Origin: Deltaproteobacteria bacterium | GTDB taxonomy: Bacteria > Desulfobacterota > Binatia > UBA12015 | Direction of reading: 5' to 3' | DNA length: 64,000 bases | Assembly: GCA_016874795.1 (NCBI GenBank) | Contig: VGTG01000005.1 | Coordinates: 15,393 to 79,392, forward strand | In this document: positions 1-9,647 of the stretch, in pieces | How positions within the stretch are numbered: the stretch's first letter is position 1 | Layout of the letters: the number at the start of each line of letters is the position of its first letter | Notes under the pieces: model-generated | The model's input: only the letters and a program-made list of their open reading frames with translations | Told to the model about the DNA's origin: nothing | The model's database searches: none | Translations under genes and position numbers: made by a program

Positions 1-254
1 CCGGTGAGATGGTCGATCGTCATCGCGGTCATCGCGACGCAAGCGGGCGTCCGCGCGGAGATCTGCACGATGCCGGTGCCGAGCTTGATCTTCTGCGTCT
101 GCGCGCCGATCCAGACGAGCGGCGAGATCGCGTCCGAGCCGTACGCCTCCGCCGTCCACACGGAGTCGAAGCCGAGCTTCTCCGCTTCGATCGCGAGAGG
201 TGCGGGGTTCTGGGGGCCCGTCATCCAGTAGCCGGCCATCAGTCCGAGTTTCAT
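1..254 (-). CDS. LLM-class (probably F420-dependent) oxidoreductase, 5' part; runs off the window edge
   Basis: Manual translation [10 protein letters not shown]...[19 protein letters not shown]...[30 protein letters not shown] is a typical luciferase-like N-terminus; not in the ORF track because it is truncated. Confidence 0.85.
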   Translation of the reverse strand, partial: MKLGLMAGYWMTGPQNPAPLAIEAEKLGFDSVWTAEAYGSDAISPLVWIGAQTQKIKLGTGIVQISARTPACVAMTAMTIDHLT

Positions 255-282
255 GGCTGGATGGCTAGCGAGCCCGGAGCGG

Positions 283-495
283 TCAGTCGAGGGTGAGGAC
301 GACGTCGTTCTCCTTGACGTGCGCTCCCCTCTCGACCGCGACGCTCGAGACCGTGCCGGCGCGCGGCGCGACGACGGGGATCTCGATCTTCATCGACTCG
401 ACGACGACGAGCTCCTGCTCGGCGGTGACGGCGTCGCCGGCGGAGACGAGGACTTCGAGGACGACGCCGACGGCGGGGCTCTTGATCTCGGTCAT
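283..495 (-). CDS. Stand-alone biotin/lipoyl-attachment carrier protein (70 aa)
   Basis: [12 protein letters not shown]...[22 protein letters not shown] biotinylation-type motif; GGAGG RBS upstream. Confidence 0.85.
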   Translation of the reverse strand: MTEIKSPAVGVVLEVLVSAGDAVTAEQELVVVESMKIEIPVVAPRAGTVSSVAVERGAHVKENDVVLTLD

Positions 496-581
496 CGTGC
501 CTCCTTTGCAGACGCGTCCGCCGGTGTCACGAGCAGGGCGCGCCGTGGCCGGTCTCGGACCGCCGTGGCATACTCGATCGG

Positions 582-2165
582 ATGATGGGCGCCCCCGATC
601 CGCACGCTCGGCGTTCTCTGCTCGCGGGCTGGATCGCGATCGCCGTCGTCGCGGCGCTCCTCGCGGCGTCGATCGTCTGGATGGCGGCGCGCGAAGCACT
701 CGCGCCGCCGTCGGCGGAGCGCGCGCCTGCACGAGGTCCATCGATCGTGCTCGTCCTGATCGACACGCTCCGCGCCGACTATCTCGGTACGTACGGCTTC
801 GCCGGAGACGTCTCGCCGCGAATCGATCGGTTCGCGCAGGAAGCGATCGTCTTCGAGAACGCGTTCAGCCAGGCGCCGTGGACGAAGCCGTCGATCGCGA
901 CGCTCTTCACGTCGCTCCATCCGAAGCAGCACGGCGTGAGCGCGCACGGAAGCCAGTTCCTCACGGAGACCGGTGCGGAGCTGCGCGCGAGCGCGCTGCC
1001 GCGCCGTGCGCTCACCCTCGCCGAGGGCCTGCGCCGCGCCGGCTACGAGACGGCGGCGTTCGTCGCGAACCCGTGGATCCGCCAGGGCTTGGGCTTCGCG
1101 CAGGGCTTCGACACGTTCGAGGAAGAGACCGGTGCGACACCCGTCTTCGCGGACGCGATCCTCGCGAAGGCGCGGAAGTGGCTCGCGGAGCGCTCCAGCG
1201 AGAAGCCGTTCTTCCTCTACCTCCACTTCATGGACATCCACGGTCCGTACGATCCGCCCGCGGACGACGTTCGCGCCGTGCAGGACAGCGGGAGCCTCGG
1301 CGCGCGGCGCGCGCTTCGCCGCGAGGAGCTCGACAGGCGGCGCGGCTACCTGATGAAGGCGCCGTGGACGACGCGTCCCGAAGGCCGCCGCCTCGAGACC
1401 TGGCGCGGACGCTACGCCGCGGGCGTGCGAGCGCTCGATCGCGAGATCGGCGGGTTCCTCGACGATCTCGCCGCGCGCGGCCTGCTCGACGATTCCGTCG
1501 TCGTGATCACGTCCGACCACGGCGAGGAGCTGCTCGATCACGGCGACTTCGACCACGGCAACACGCTCTACGACGAGCAGATCCACGTGCCGCTCGTCGT
1601 GCGGCTGCCCGGAGGCGCCGGGGGCGGGCGGCGTATCGACGACGTCGTCGGGCTGATCGACGTGATGCCGACGCTCCTCGGTCTCGCCGGGAGCGAGGTC
1701 TCGCCGAAGCTCGCCGGACGGGACCTCGGTGTCCTGCTCGAGGGAAAGAGCTTCGCCGGCTCCGAGATCGCGATCTCCGCGGGCGTCAAGCGGCGGCCGG
1801 AGCTCGAGTCGGTGCGCACGCGGACGCACAAGCTCGTGCGCGACGGCAAGACGGGCGAGACGGCGCTCTTCGATCTCGCCGCGGATCCCGGCGAGTCGCG
1901 CGACCTCTCGGCGACCGCGCCGCAGGTCCGCGCCGCTCTCGAGAAGGCGCTCTCCGTGCACGGCGCCGAGATCGCTCGCAGCCCGATTCTCGAGAAGCGC
2001 CGCGCACGCGTGGGCCGGCGGACGGCCGACAAGCTCCGCTCCCTCGGCTACCTCGAGGACGAGGTCTCGCAGGGCTCCGCCGCGCACGCTAGGACGAATC
2101 CGCCAGAGCCCGCCGCACCGGCAGACGAAGAAGTGCGAAGGACGCAGGAGAAGGAGCAGCCGTGA
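582..2165 (+). CDS. Membrane-anchored sulfatase-like (alkaline phosphatase superfamily) protein
   Basis: N-terminal TM; IDTLRAD, PWTKPS, H-GPY, SDHGE motifs; C-terminal LRSLGYL. Confidence 0.85.
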   Translation: MMGAPDPHARRSLLAGWIAIAVVAALLAASIVWMAAREALAPPSAERAPARGPSIVLVLIDTLRADYLGTYGFAGDVSPRIDRFAQEAIVFENAFSQAPWTKPSIATLFTSLHPKQHGVSAHGSQFLTETGAELRASALPRRALTLAEGLRRAGYETAAFVANPWIRQGLGFAQGFDTFEEETGATPVFADAILAKARKWLAERSSEKPFFLYLHFMDIHGPYDPPADDVRAVQDSGSLGARRALRREELDRRRGYLMKAPWTTRPEGRRLETWRGRYAAGVRALDREIGGFLDDLAARGLLDDSVVVITSDHGEELLDHGDFDHGNTLYDEQIHVPLVVRLPGGAGGGRRIDDVVGLIDVMPTLLGLAGSEVSPKLAGRDLGVLLEGKSFAGSEIAISAGVKRRPELESVRTRTHKLVRDGKTGETALFDLAADPGESRDLSATAPQVRAALEKALSVHGAEIARSPILEKRRARVGRRTADKLRSLGYLEDEVSQGSAAHARTNPPEPAAPADEEVRRTQEKEQP

Positions 2166-3271
2166 AGGTACGAGCCGCCGTCGCCCACGAGGCCGGCAAG
2201 CCGCTCTCGATCGAGACCGTCGATCTCGAAGGGCCGCGCGCGGGTGAGGTCCTGGTCGAGATCAAGGCGACCGGCGTCTGCCACACCGACGCGTTCACGC
2301 TCTCCGGAGCCGATCCCGAGGGGCTCTTCCCGGCGATCCTCGGCCACGAGGGCGCGGGGATCGTGCGCGAGGTCGGCGCCGGCGTGACGAGCGTCGCGGC
2401 GGGCGACCACGTGATCCCGCTCTATACGCCCGAGTGCCGGCAGTGCGAGTACTGCATCTCGGGACGGACGAATCTCTGCCAGGCGATCCGCGCGACGCAG
2501 GGACGCGGCGTGATGCCGGACGGGACGAGCCGCTTCTCGTGCGGCGGCACGACGCTGCACCACTACATGGGCACGTCGACCTTCGCGAGCTTCGTCGTGC
2601 TGCCGGAGATCGCCGTCGCGAAGATCCGGAAGGACGCTCCGTTCGACAAGGTCTGCTACATCGGCTGCGGCGTCACGACCGGCGTCGGCGCGGTCATCAA
2701 CACGGCGAAGGTCCGTCCCGGAGACAACGTCGTCGTGTTCGGGCTCGGCGGCATCGGGCTGAACGTCATCCAGGGAGCGCGCATGGTCGGCGCCGGGATG
2801 ATCGTCGGCGTCGACGTGAACGTGACGAAGCGCCCGCTCGCCGAGAAGCTCGGCATGACGCACTTCGTGAATCCGAAGGAGGTCGAGGGCGACCTCGTGC
2901 CGTACCTCGTCGACCTGACGCGCGGCGGCGCGGACTACAGCTTCGAGTGCATCGGGAACGTCGCGATGATGCGTCAAGCGCTCGAGTGCTGCCACAAGGG
3001 CTGGGGCGAGAGCGTGATCATCGGCGTCGCGCCCGCGGGCGCGGAGATCGCGACGCGGCCGTTCCAGCTCGTCACGGGACGCGTCTGGCGCGGCACCGCC
3101 TTCGGCGGAGCGAAGGGGCGCACGGACGTGCCGAAGATCGTCGACTGGTACATGGAAGGGCGGATCAACATCGACGACCTGATCACCCACACGATGCCGC
3201 TCGACGACATCAACCGGGCGTTCGACCTGATGCACGACGGCGAATCCATTCGCAGCGTCGTGGTGTATTGA
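2162..3271 (+). CDS. frmA: S-(hydroxymethyl)glutathione dehydrogenase / class III alcohol dehydrogenase
   Basis: GVCHTD, GHEGAG, structural Zn CxxCxxC...[19 protein letters not shown] signature. Confidence 0.95.
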   Translation: MKVRAAVAHEAGKPLSIETVDLEGPRAGEVLVEIKATGVCHTDAFTLSGADPEGLFPAILGHEGAGIVREVGAGVTSVAAGDHVIPLYTPECRQCEYCISGRTNLCQAIRATQGRGVMPDGTSRFSCGGTTLHHYMGTSTFASFVVLPEIAVAKIRKDAPFDKVCYIGCGVTTGVGAVINTAKVRPGDNVVVFGLGGIGLNVIQGARMVGAGMIVGVDVNVTKRPLAEKLGMTHFVNPKEVEGDLVPYLVDLTRGGADYSFECIGNVAMMRQALECCHKGWGESVIIGVAPAGAEIATRPFQLVTGRVWRGTAFGGAKGRTDVPKIVDWYMEGRINIDDLITHTMPLDDINRAFDLMHDGESIRSVVVY

Positions 3272-3272
3272 A

Positions 3273-3330
3273 GCGAGGGGGCGCCGCCCCCTCGCCGAGG
3301 CCGCGGCCAAGCCGCAGCCTCTCCACTCCC
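3273..3330. repeat. Two adjacent GC-rich hairpins (REP-like or terminator-like) after frmA
   Basis: GCGAGGGGGC-GCC-GCCCCCTCGC (3273-3295) followed by GAGGCCGCGGC-CAA-GCCGCAGCCTC; no U-tract. Confidence 0.45.
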
Positions 3331-3420
3331 CCGCAAGCCCGCAGCACCGGCCGCGCGCTGCGCGCGCGGAGGTTCGAGGACCCCGGAAACCTGTTACAGA
3401 GGACACGACAAGGAGAGCAC

Positions 3421-4287
3421 ATGGCAGGCCGACTCGAGGGCAAGGTGGCCGTCGTCACGGGCGGCGCGAGCGGAATCGGACGCGCGACGGTGCTGCGCTT
3501 CCTCTCGGAGGGCGCGCGCGTCGTCGCCGCCGACCTGAACGCCGCGACCGGCGAGGAGACGCTCGAGCTGGCGCGGCGCGCGGGCGCGGGTGATCGCGTC
3601 CGCTTCACGCGGGCGGACGTCGCGGACGAGCCGCAGGTCGCGGCGATGGTCGCTCTCGCGAAGAAGGACTTCGGCCGGCTCGACTGCATCTTCAACAACG
3701 CCGGAGTCGCCGGCGCGTTCGGGCCGATCACCGAGATCGACGTCGCCGACTGGGACTACTCCTTTGCGGTCCTCGTGCGCGGCGTGTTCCTCGGCATGAA
3801 GCACGCGACGCGCGTGCTGAAGGAGCAGGGGCAGGGCGGCGCGATCATCAACACGGCTTCGATCGCCGGGCTCGCGGGCGGCGACGGACCGCAGGCGTAC
3901 TCCGCGGCCAAGGCCGCGGTGATCAACTTGACGCGCGCCGTCGCGGTCGAGCTCGCTCCCGAGCGCATCCGCGCGAACGCGATCTGCCCGGGCGCGATCC
4001 TGACGCCGCTGCTCCACCGCGGCAACGCGGACGGCATGCGCCCGCAGCTCGAGAGCTATCAGCCGTGGCCGGAAGCCGGTCAGCCCGAGCACATCGCGTC
4101 GGCGGCGTTGTTTCTCGCGAGCGACGACGCCGCGTTCATCACGGGAGAGGCGCTCGTCGTCGACGGCGGCGCGACCGCGAAGGGCGGCAACGCGCTCCAG
4201 CACCTCGGCGGTGCCGCGCTGTCGGCGCTCGGCACCGGCGTCGATCGCGGCACGACCGGCGAAGAAAACAGCTTCCGTTCGCTGTAG
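3421..4287 (+). CDS. Short-chain dehydrogenase/reductase
   Basis: TGGASGIG, NNAG, YSAAK motifs; AGGAG RBS before ATG 3421. Confidence 0.92.
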   Translation: MAGRLEGKVAVVTGGASGIGRATVLRFLSEGARVVAADLNAATGEETLELARRAGAGDRVRFTRADVADEPQVAAMVALAKKDFGRLDCIFNNAGVAGAFGPITEIDVADWDYSFAVLVRGVFLGMKHATRVLKEQGQGGAIINTASIAGLAGGDGPQAYSAAKAAVINLTRAVAVELAPERIRANAICPGAILTPLLHRGNADGMRPQLESYQPWPEAGQPEHIASAALFLASDDAAFITGEALVVDGGATAKGGNALQHLGGAALSALGTGVDRGTTGEENSFRSL

Positions 4288-4301
4288 GTCCGCGCTTCCT
4301 C

Positions 4302-6056
4302 CTATTCGAGCAGGCCCGCCGGCTCGTCGAGGAAGGCGCGGCAGGGGGAGCCGCACGCCATCGCCTGTCCCGCATTCTGCGCGCCCGGGCTCCGCGTGTT
4401 GCTCGGGCAGGCGAGACCCTGCTGACCCTGGCAGATGAAAGCGCCGAGCTCGCTCGGGTCGCTCCACTCCGATCCGCCGGTCGCACGCATCAGGGTGCTC
4501 GACTTCTTGATGATCGAGACGCCCGCGAGCCAGCCCTCGTCGCGCTCGGCGACGTACGGCGGGTTCACGTGGAAGAAGGGACCGAACGTTCCCGCGTTCG
4601 CCACGACGCCCTCGTAGCTGACCGCGTCGACGTAGCCGTTCGACGGGTCGAGAATCAGGATCCCGTCGGGGCAGCTCGTGCCGCCGTTCAGCAGGTCGCC
4701 GTTCTTCAGGTTCGAGTCCGCGGCGGGCGCCGGGAAGACGAAGTCGCACTTGCCGGCCGCGACGACCGTCGCCGAGGTGCTCGTGAAGCACGCGACGTAG
4801 AATCCGACACCCGTCCCGGTGTCGTCGGGCAAGACGGTGCCGTTCGGGACCGTCGCGACGAAGTGGGCGTCGCCGGCGTTGTTGAAGAACGGCGTGCCGC
4901 ACTGTCCGCCGGCGCCCTCGACCGAGACGAGTTTGTAGCCGCTGAGATCCAGGCCGGCAGGTCCGGCGATCTCGACGAACTCGTCGCGATCGTCGTTCGG
5001 GAAGCCGAAGAAGTCGTCGTAGTCGAACTCGTTGACCCACGGCAGGAGGTACTCGCCCGCGCACGTCCCGCCCGAGCACGAGTCGTTGAGCGTGCAGCCG
5101 TCGAGGTCGTTGCACGGGTTGCCGTTCGGCGTGTGGACGCAGGTGCCCGTCGCGTTGCAGATGTCGTCGGTGCAGACGTTCAGATCGCTGGCACACGAGC
5201 TGCCCGCCGCCTCGAAGTCGCAGACCGAGTTGCAGCAGTCGCCGTTCGCGAGGTTGTCGTCGTCGCACTGCTCACCGGCGTCGAGGATGCCGTCGCCGCA
5301 GACCTCGAGCGTGCAGTCGCTCCGGCAGCCGTCGCCGCTCTGCAGGTCGCCGTCGTCGCACTGCTCGCCTGCCGTCTGGATGCCGTTGCCGCAGCCGGTC
5401 TCGGTGCAGTTCGAGTCGCAGCCGTCACCGTTCTGCAGGTCGCCGTCGTCGCACTCCTCGCCGCCCTCCTCGATGCCGTTGCCGCAGGTCTCGACGCAGG
5501 GCTTCGTCGGTCCCTTTGCCTTGACGAGGTCGATCGCGTTCTTCTTGGACGTGGTCGGCGGCGTCTCCCATCGCCCGCAGTAGGTGCTGGAGCCGATCGT
5601 GAGGCGCGTCTCGATCCAGTCGACCGGGCCGGAGATCGCGTCGTTCGAGTAGGGCGAGCCCTTCAGGGATCCCTTCAGGAGCGTGAAGCCGACCCGGAGC
5701 GAGCTGACGCCGCCGGGACCGCCGGCCGGTCCCTTGTACGAGAAGCCGGTGCCCGCGGCGCGCCAGCTCGCGCACGGCAGCGTGACGGGCGCGTTCACGT
5801 CCTCCGACGTGATGATCTGCAGGGAGGACGCGGCGCCGCCGGCGCACGTCGGATTCCCGAAGCCGAGGATCGCCGGATCGCGGAACGTGAACTTCAGCAG
5901 GTCCTTCGCCGCATCGGACTTGTTGCGCGCGGTGAGCGACTTGCCGCCGAGCACGTCGACGAACGCGGCCGCCGGAGCGACGATCGCGAGAAGCGACGCG
6001 GCGACGAGTGGAAGCGTGACGGCGACGAGGATCCGAAGCGGGCGCTGGTTCGGCAT
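4302..6056 (-). CDS. Secreted Cys-rich protein: unknown N-terminal domain, DUF4215 (Myxococcus Cys-rich) repeats, lamin-tail-like C-terminal domain
   Basis: Signal peptide; 3x CG(N/D)G...E(E/Q)CDD...GD(G/C)C...C; CTDD-C/CTLND-C repeats; PWVNEFDYD...EFVEIAGPAGLDLSGY; AGGAGG RBS. Confidence 0.8.
   Translation of the reverse strand: MPNQRPLRILVAVTLPLVAASLLAIVAPAAAFVDVLGGKSLTARNKSDAAKDLLKFTFRDPAILGFGNPTCAGGAASSLQIITSEDVNAPVTLPCASWRAAGTGFSYKGPAGGPGGVSSLRVGFTLLKGSLKGSPYSNDAISGPVDWIETRLTIGSSTYCGRWETPPTTSKKNAIDLVKAKGPTKPCVETCGNGIEEGGEECDDGDLQNGDGCDSNCTETGCGNGIQTAGEQCDDGDLQSGDGCRSDCTLEVCGDGILDAGEQCDDDNLANGDCCNSVCDFEAAGSSCASDLNVCTDDICNATGTCVHTPNGNPCNDLDGCTLNDSCSGGTCAGEYLLPWVNEFDYDDFFGFPNDDRDEFVEIAGPAGLDLSGYKLVSVEGAGGQCGTPFFNNAGDAHFVATVPNGTVLPDDTGTGVGFYVACFTSTSATVVAAGKCDFVFPAPAADSNLKNGDLLNGGTSCPDGILILDPSNGYVDAVSYEGVVANAGTFGPFFHVNPPYVAERDEGWLAGVSIIKKSSTLMRATGGSEWSDPSELGAFICQGQQGLACPSNTRSPGAQNAGQAMACGSPCRAFLDEPAGLLE
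5220..5486 (-). repeat. Three tandem Myxococcus-type cysteine-rich coding repeats
   Basis: CGNGIEEGGEECDDGDLQNGDGCDSNC / CGNGIQTAGEQCDDGDLQSGDGCRSDC / CGDGILDAGEQCDDDNLANGDCCNSVC. Confidence 0.85.
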
Positions 6057-6150
6057 GATCCCTCCTGAGCCAGAGGTCGGGTTTCCGTACGGCGTACGGC
6101 CACCGCATGTCACATCCCGGCGCGTCGTGCTAGACGCAGCGCACGCCTTT

Positions 6151-6897
6151 TCACATGTGCGCGCCGCCGTTCGGGCTCAGGACCTGGCCCGTGCAGAACC
6201 CGGCTGCGTCGGAGACGAGGTACGCGCACGCCTCGGCGATGTCGTCGGGCCGTCCCATCCTCTGCACCGGAAGCTGCGCGACCGCCTTGTCGTAGAGGCC
6301 CGGCGGCGCGCCGGCCATGCGGATGAGGGGCGTGTCGATCAGGCCCGGGGCGAGGGCGTTGACGGTGATGCCGACGGGTCCGAGCTCTCGCGCGAGCGCC
6401 TTGGTGAACCCGATGATCCCCGCCTTGGCGGCCGCGTAGTGCGTCAAGCCGGGTCCGCCGCCGTTCAGAGCCGCGGCCGAGGAGACGTTGACGATGCGCC
6501 CGAAGCCGGCCGCCTGGAGATCCGGAAGGACGAGGCGACAGCAGCGCACCGTCCCGCGCAGGTGGACGTCGAGCATCCGGTCGAATCGCTCCTCCGTCAT
6601 CTCGGAGAGTGGAGCGAAGTCGGCGATCCCGGCGCAGTTCACGAGGATGTGGATCGGTCCGAGCTCCGTGCGAGCGCGATCGAAGGCCGCCTCGAGCGTC
6701 GGCGTTTGCGTGACGTCCGCCGCGACGCCGATCGAGCGCCGTCCGAGCGCGCGGATCTCGGCGGCGACCTTCTCCGCCTCGGCCTCGCGGAGATCGAGCA
6801 CCGCGACGTCGGCGCCGTCGCGCGCGAGTCGCCGCCCGATCGCGCGTCCGATGCCCGACGCCCCTCCCGTGACGACGGCATTTCGTTCGCGAGCCAT
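6151..6897 (-). CDS. SDR family oxidoreductase (FabG-like)
   Basis: TGGASGIG, NCAG, YAAAK, PVQRMGRPDDIA. Confidence 0.9.
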   Translation of the reverse strand: MARERNAVVTGGASGIGRAIGRRLARDGADVAVLDLREAEAEKVAAEIRALGRRSIGVAADVTQTPTLEAAFDRARTELGPIHILVNCAGIADFAPLSEMTEERFDRMLDVHLRGTVRCCRLVLPDLQAAGFGRIVNVSSAAALNGGGPGLTHYAAAKAGIIGFTKALARELGPVGITVNALAPGLIDTPLIRMAGAPPGLYDKAVAQLPVQRMGRPDDIAEACAYLVSDAAGFCTGQVLSPNGGAHM

Positions 6898-6901
6898 GCG
6901 T

Positions 6902-7669
6902 CTACTCGAACTTGCCGTGGCGGCCCGCGCCGGCCGCGAAGCGGCTCGCGCCCGCCAGCGTCTCGCCGGAGCGGATCACGTCCATTCCGAGCCGCGTCTC
7001 GTTGCGCAGCGCTTCGGCGAGGTCGAGGTCCCACTGCCGGTAGGACGAGAGGCGATCGTTCCGCATGCAGAGCTGCGGAAAGCGTGCGATCTGCCCTGCG
7101 AGCTCCTTCGCTGCCGCAAGCGCCCGTCCCGACTCGACGATCCGGTTCGCGAGGCCCATGCGAAGCGCTTCCTCGCCGGAGACGCCCCGTCCCGTCAAGA
7201 TCAGGTCGAGAGCGTGGCTGTGGCCGAGCATGCGCGAGAGACGCACCGTCCCGCCGTCGACGAGCGGCACGCCCCAGCGGCGACAGTAGACGCCGAAGAC
7301 CGCATCGCTCGCGGCGACGCGCAGGTCGCACCAGATCGCGAGCTCGAGACCGCCGGCGACCGCGAATCCCTCGACCGCGGCGATCGTCGGCTTCGGGAGG
7401 AGGAAGCGCGTCGGCCCCATCGGCCCGTCGCCGTCGACGCGGACGGCGTTGCCGCGGCCGTCCGAGACGCCCTTCAGGTCCGCGCCCGCGCAGAACGTCC
7501 CGTCCGCTCCCGTCAGGATCGCGACGGAGAGCGCCTCGTCGGCGGCGAAGCGGCGGAACGCGGCGGCGAGCTCGACCGCGGTCGGTCCGTCGACGGCGTT
7601 CCGCACCTGGGGCCGGTCGATCGTGATGATCGCGATCGATTCCTCGGTCTCGAAGCGAACGTTGCTCAC
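6902..7669 (-). CDS. Crotonase/enoyl-CoA hydratase family protein
   Basis: FCAGADLK, AVAGGLELA, GVPLVDGGT. Confidence 0.92.
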   Translation of the reverse strand: MSNVRFETEESIAIITIDRPQVRNAVDGPTAVELAAAFRRFAADEALSVAILTGADGTFCAGADLKGVSDGRGNAVRVDGDGPMGPTRFLLPKPTIAAVEGFAVAGGLELAIWCDLRVAASDAVFGVYCRRWGVPLVDGGTVRLSRMLGHSHALDLILTGRGVSGEEALRMGLANRIVESGRALAAAKELAGQIARFPQLCMRNDRLSSYRQWDLDLAEALRNETRLGMDVIRSGETLAGASRFAAGAGRHGKFE

Positions 7670-8559
7670 GCGTTACCACCTTTCTTGCCCGTCTTGCCCG
7701 TCCGGGGACGGCTGCCGTAGTCGCCGAACGGATCGTCGCGCTCGCGCACCGCCTGCCGGAAGCCGACGTCGCCCGCGCGATCGACGAAGTCGAGCCCTTC
7801 CTGCGTGTGGCGCGCGATGCCGTCGAAGAGCGTCCCGAGGGTGCGGCTCGAAGCGAGCCCCATGTTCTCCGCCGTCTGATTGCAGAGGAGCTTCAGCATG
7901 ACGAGCTGGTTCGTCGGCACGCGCGCCATGCGCTCGGCGAGAGCGATCGCGTGCGATTCGAGCTTCTCGTCCGGCACGCACTCGAGGATCAAACCGATCT
8001 CGACGGCCTTCGGCGCGGTGATCTCGTCCCCCGTCAGGAGGTAGCGCTTCGCCTGCTCGAGACCCATGCGATAGACCCACATCGCGGTCGTCGGCGTCCC
8101 CCAGACGCGCGAAGGTGGGTAGCCGAAGCTCGCACCCTCCGCGGCGACGATCAGGTCCGCGCAGAGGACCATGTCGGTGCCGCCTCCGATGCACCAGCCC
8201 TGCACGGCCGCGATCACCGGCTTCCGCGCGTACCAGAGCTTCATGTACGTCTCGACGAAGCGGCCCATCATGCGGAGGTCCGCGACCGAGTCCCACACGC
8301 GGCCCGTCGGCGCGGCGGCGCCTTCGCTCTCCTTCGCCTGCGCGGCGGTCGACCAGTCGAGGCCGTAACCGGCGCAGAAGGCCGGCCCCTCGGCGCGCAG
8401 GAGGAGGACGTGCGCCTCGCGTTCGGCATCGCCCTCGTCGATCGCGGCGGCAAGCTCGTCGCGGAGCGCGGGCGTGATGGTGTTGTACTCCTTCGGGCGC
8501 GACAGCGTGATGTGGTGCACGCCGTTCCTCGTCTCGGTACGAAGCGTGGTGCCTTGCAT
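7666..8559 (-). CDS. Crotonase/enoyl-CoA hydratase family protein
   Basis: FCAGYGL, KPVIAAVQGWCIGGG; 4-bp overlap with the downstream gene. Confidence 0.9.
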   Translation of the reverse strand: MQGTTLRTETRNGVHHITLSRPKEYNTITPALRDELAAAIDEGDAEREAHVLLLRAEGPAFCAGYGLDWSTAAQAKESEGAAAPTGRVWDSVADLRMMGRFVETYMKLWYARKPVIAAVQGWCIGGGTDMVLCADLIVAAEGASFGYPPSRVWGTPTTAMWVYRMGLEQAKRYLLTGDEITAPKAVEIGLILECVPDEKLESHAIALAERMARVPTNQLVMLKLLCNQTAENMGLASSRTLGTLFDGIARHTQEGLDFVDRAGDVGFRQAVRERDDPFGDYGSRPRTGKTGKKGGNA

Positions 8560-8628
8560 GCGGCATTCCCTCCAGAGGCGGTCGTGCGTGCGTTAATCGA
8601 AGCGCTGCGCGAGGCGCAAGGCTAGCCG

Positions 8629-9489
8629 ATGGCGCTCGACGTGGAGATCCTCCTTCTCGTCCTCCTCGCGGCGGGGATGCATGCGACGTGGAACGCACTC
8701 GTCAAGGTGAGCGGCGACCCCCTCCTGACGCAGACCACGATCATCACGACCGGCTCGATCCTGGCGCTCACGATCGCTCCGTTCGTGCCGGCGCCGGCTC
8801 CGGCGAGCTGGCCGTTCCTCTTCGCGAGCGTCGCGATCCACAATCTCTATTTCCTGTTCCTCCTGCGCGCGTACCGGCACGGGGATTTTTCGCAGGTCTA
8901 TCCGATCGCGCGCGGCTCCTCGCCGCTGATCGTCGGTCTCCTCTCGGGGCCGCTCGTCGGGGAGACGCTCTCGTGGCCGCAGCTCGGCGGCCTCCTGCTG
9001 GTTGCGTTCGGGATCGCGAGCCTCGCGGGCGTCGGGCGATCGCGCGGCGTCGCCGAGGGGCCGGCGGTGCTCTACGCGCTCGCCTGCGGGCTCTCGATCG
9101 GGGCCTTCTCCCTCGTCGACGGGATCGGCGTCCGCCGCGCGGGAGGCGGCTTCTCGTTCGCCGTCTGGCTCACCGCGCTCGAGTTCATCCCGATCGTGGC
9201 CTACACGGCGATCCGGCGGAGCCGAGGGATCGTCCCGTTTCTACGAGTGAGTGGGCGAGTCGCGGCGGCAGGCGGCGTGCTCGCGGCGGTCTCGTACACG
9301 CTGATCATCTGGGCGTACACGCAGGGGCCGATCGCGCCGATCGCGCCGATCGCGGCCCTGCGGGAGACGAGCGTCGTCATGGCCGCGCTGATCGGAGCGG
9401 CCCGCTTCGGCGAGCCCTTTGGCATCCGCCGCGTCGCGGCGGCCGTGGTCGTCGTGCTCGGCGTCGCGCTCCTGAATGGAGCGTGGTGA
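8629..9489 (+). CDS. EamA/DMT family transporter
   Basis: About 10 TM helices; HATWNALVK, YRHGDFSQVYPIARG, ALRETSV. Confidence 0.9.
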   Translation: MALDVEILLLVLLAAGMHATWNALVKVSGDPLLTQTTIITTGSILALTIAPFVPAPAPASWPFLFASVAIHNLYFLFLLRAYRHGDFSQVYPIARGSSPLIVGLLSGPLVGETLSWPQLGGLLLVAFGIASLAGVGRSRGVAEGPAVLYALACGLSIGAFSLVDGIGVRRAGGGFSFAVWLTALEFIPIVAYTAIRRSRGIVPFLRVSGRVAAAGGVLAAVSYTLIIWAYTQGPIAPIAPIAALRETSVVMAALIGAARFGEPFGIRRVAAAVVVVLGVALLNGAW

Positions 9490-9602
9490 ATCTCGAAAAG
9501 AAGGTTGACGCATCGTCGATCGTGCTTACCGGCATCCTCTCGATCGATCTGCCGAAGGCGGCCGCGAGCCGCGCCCGCAAGGTCGAGGTCAAGGCCGCGT
9601 AG
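9486..9602 (+). pseudogene. C-terminal remnant of a small heat-shock protein (Hsp20)
   Basis: VDASSIVLTGILSIDLPKAAASRARKVEVKAA* resembles the alpha-crystallin end (GxLxIxLPK...V-x-V); no N-terminal part. Confidence 0.5.
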
Positions 9603-9647
9603 CGAGCGGTCGAACGGGCGGCGCGTCGTCGAGGCGCGCCGCCCTTC

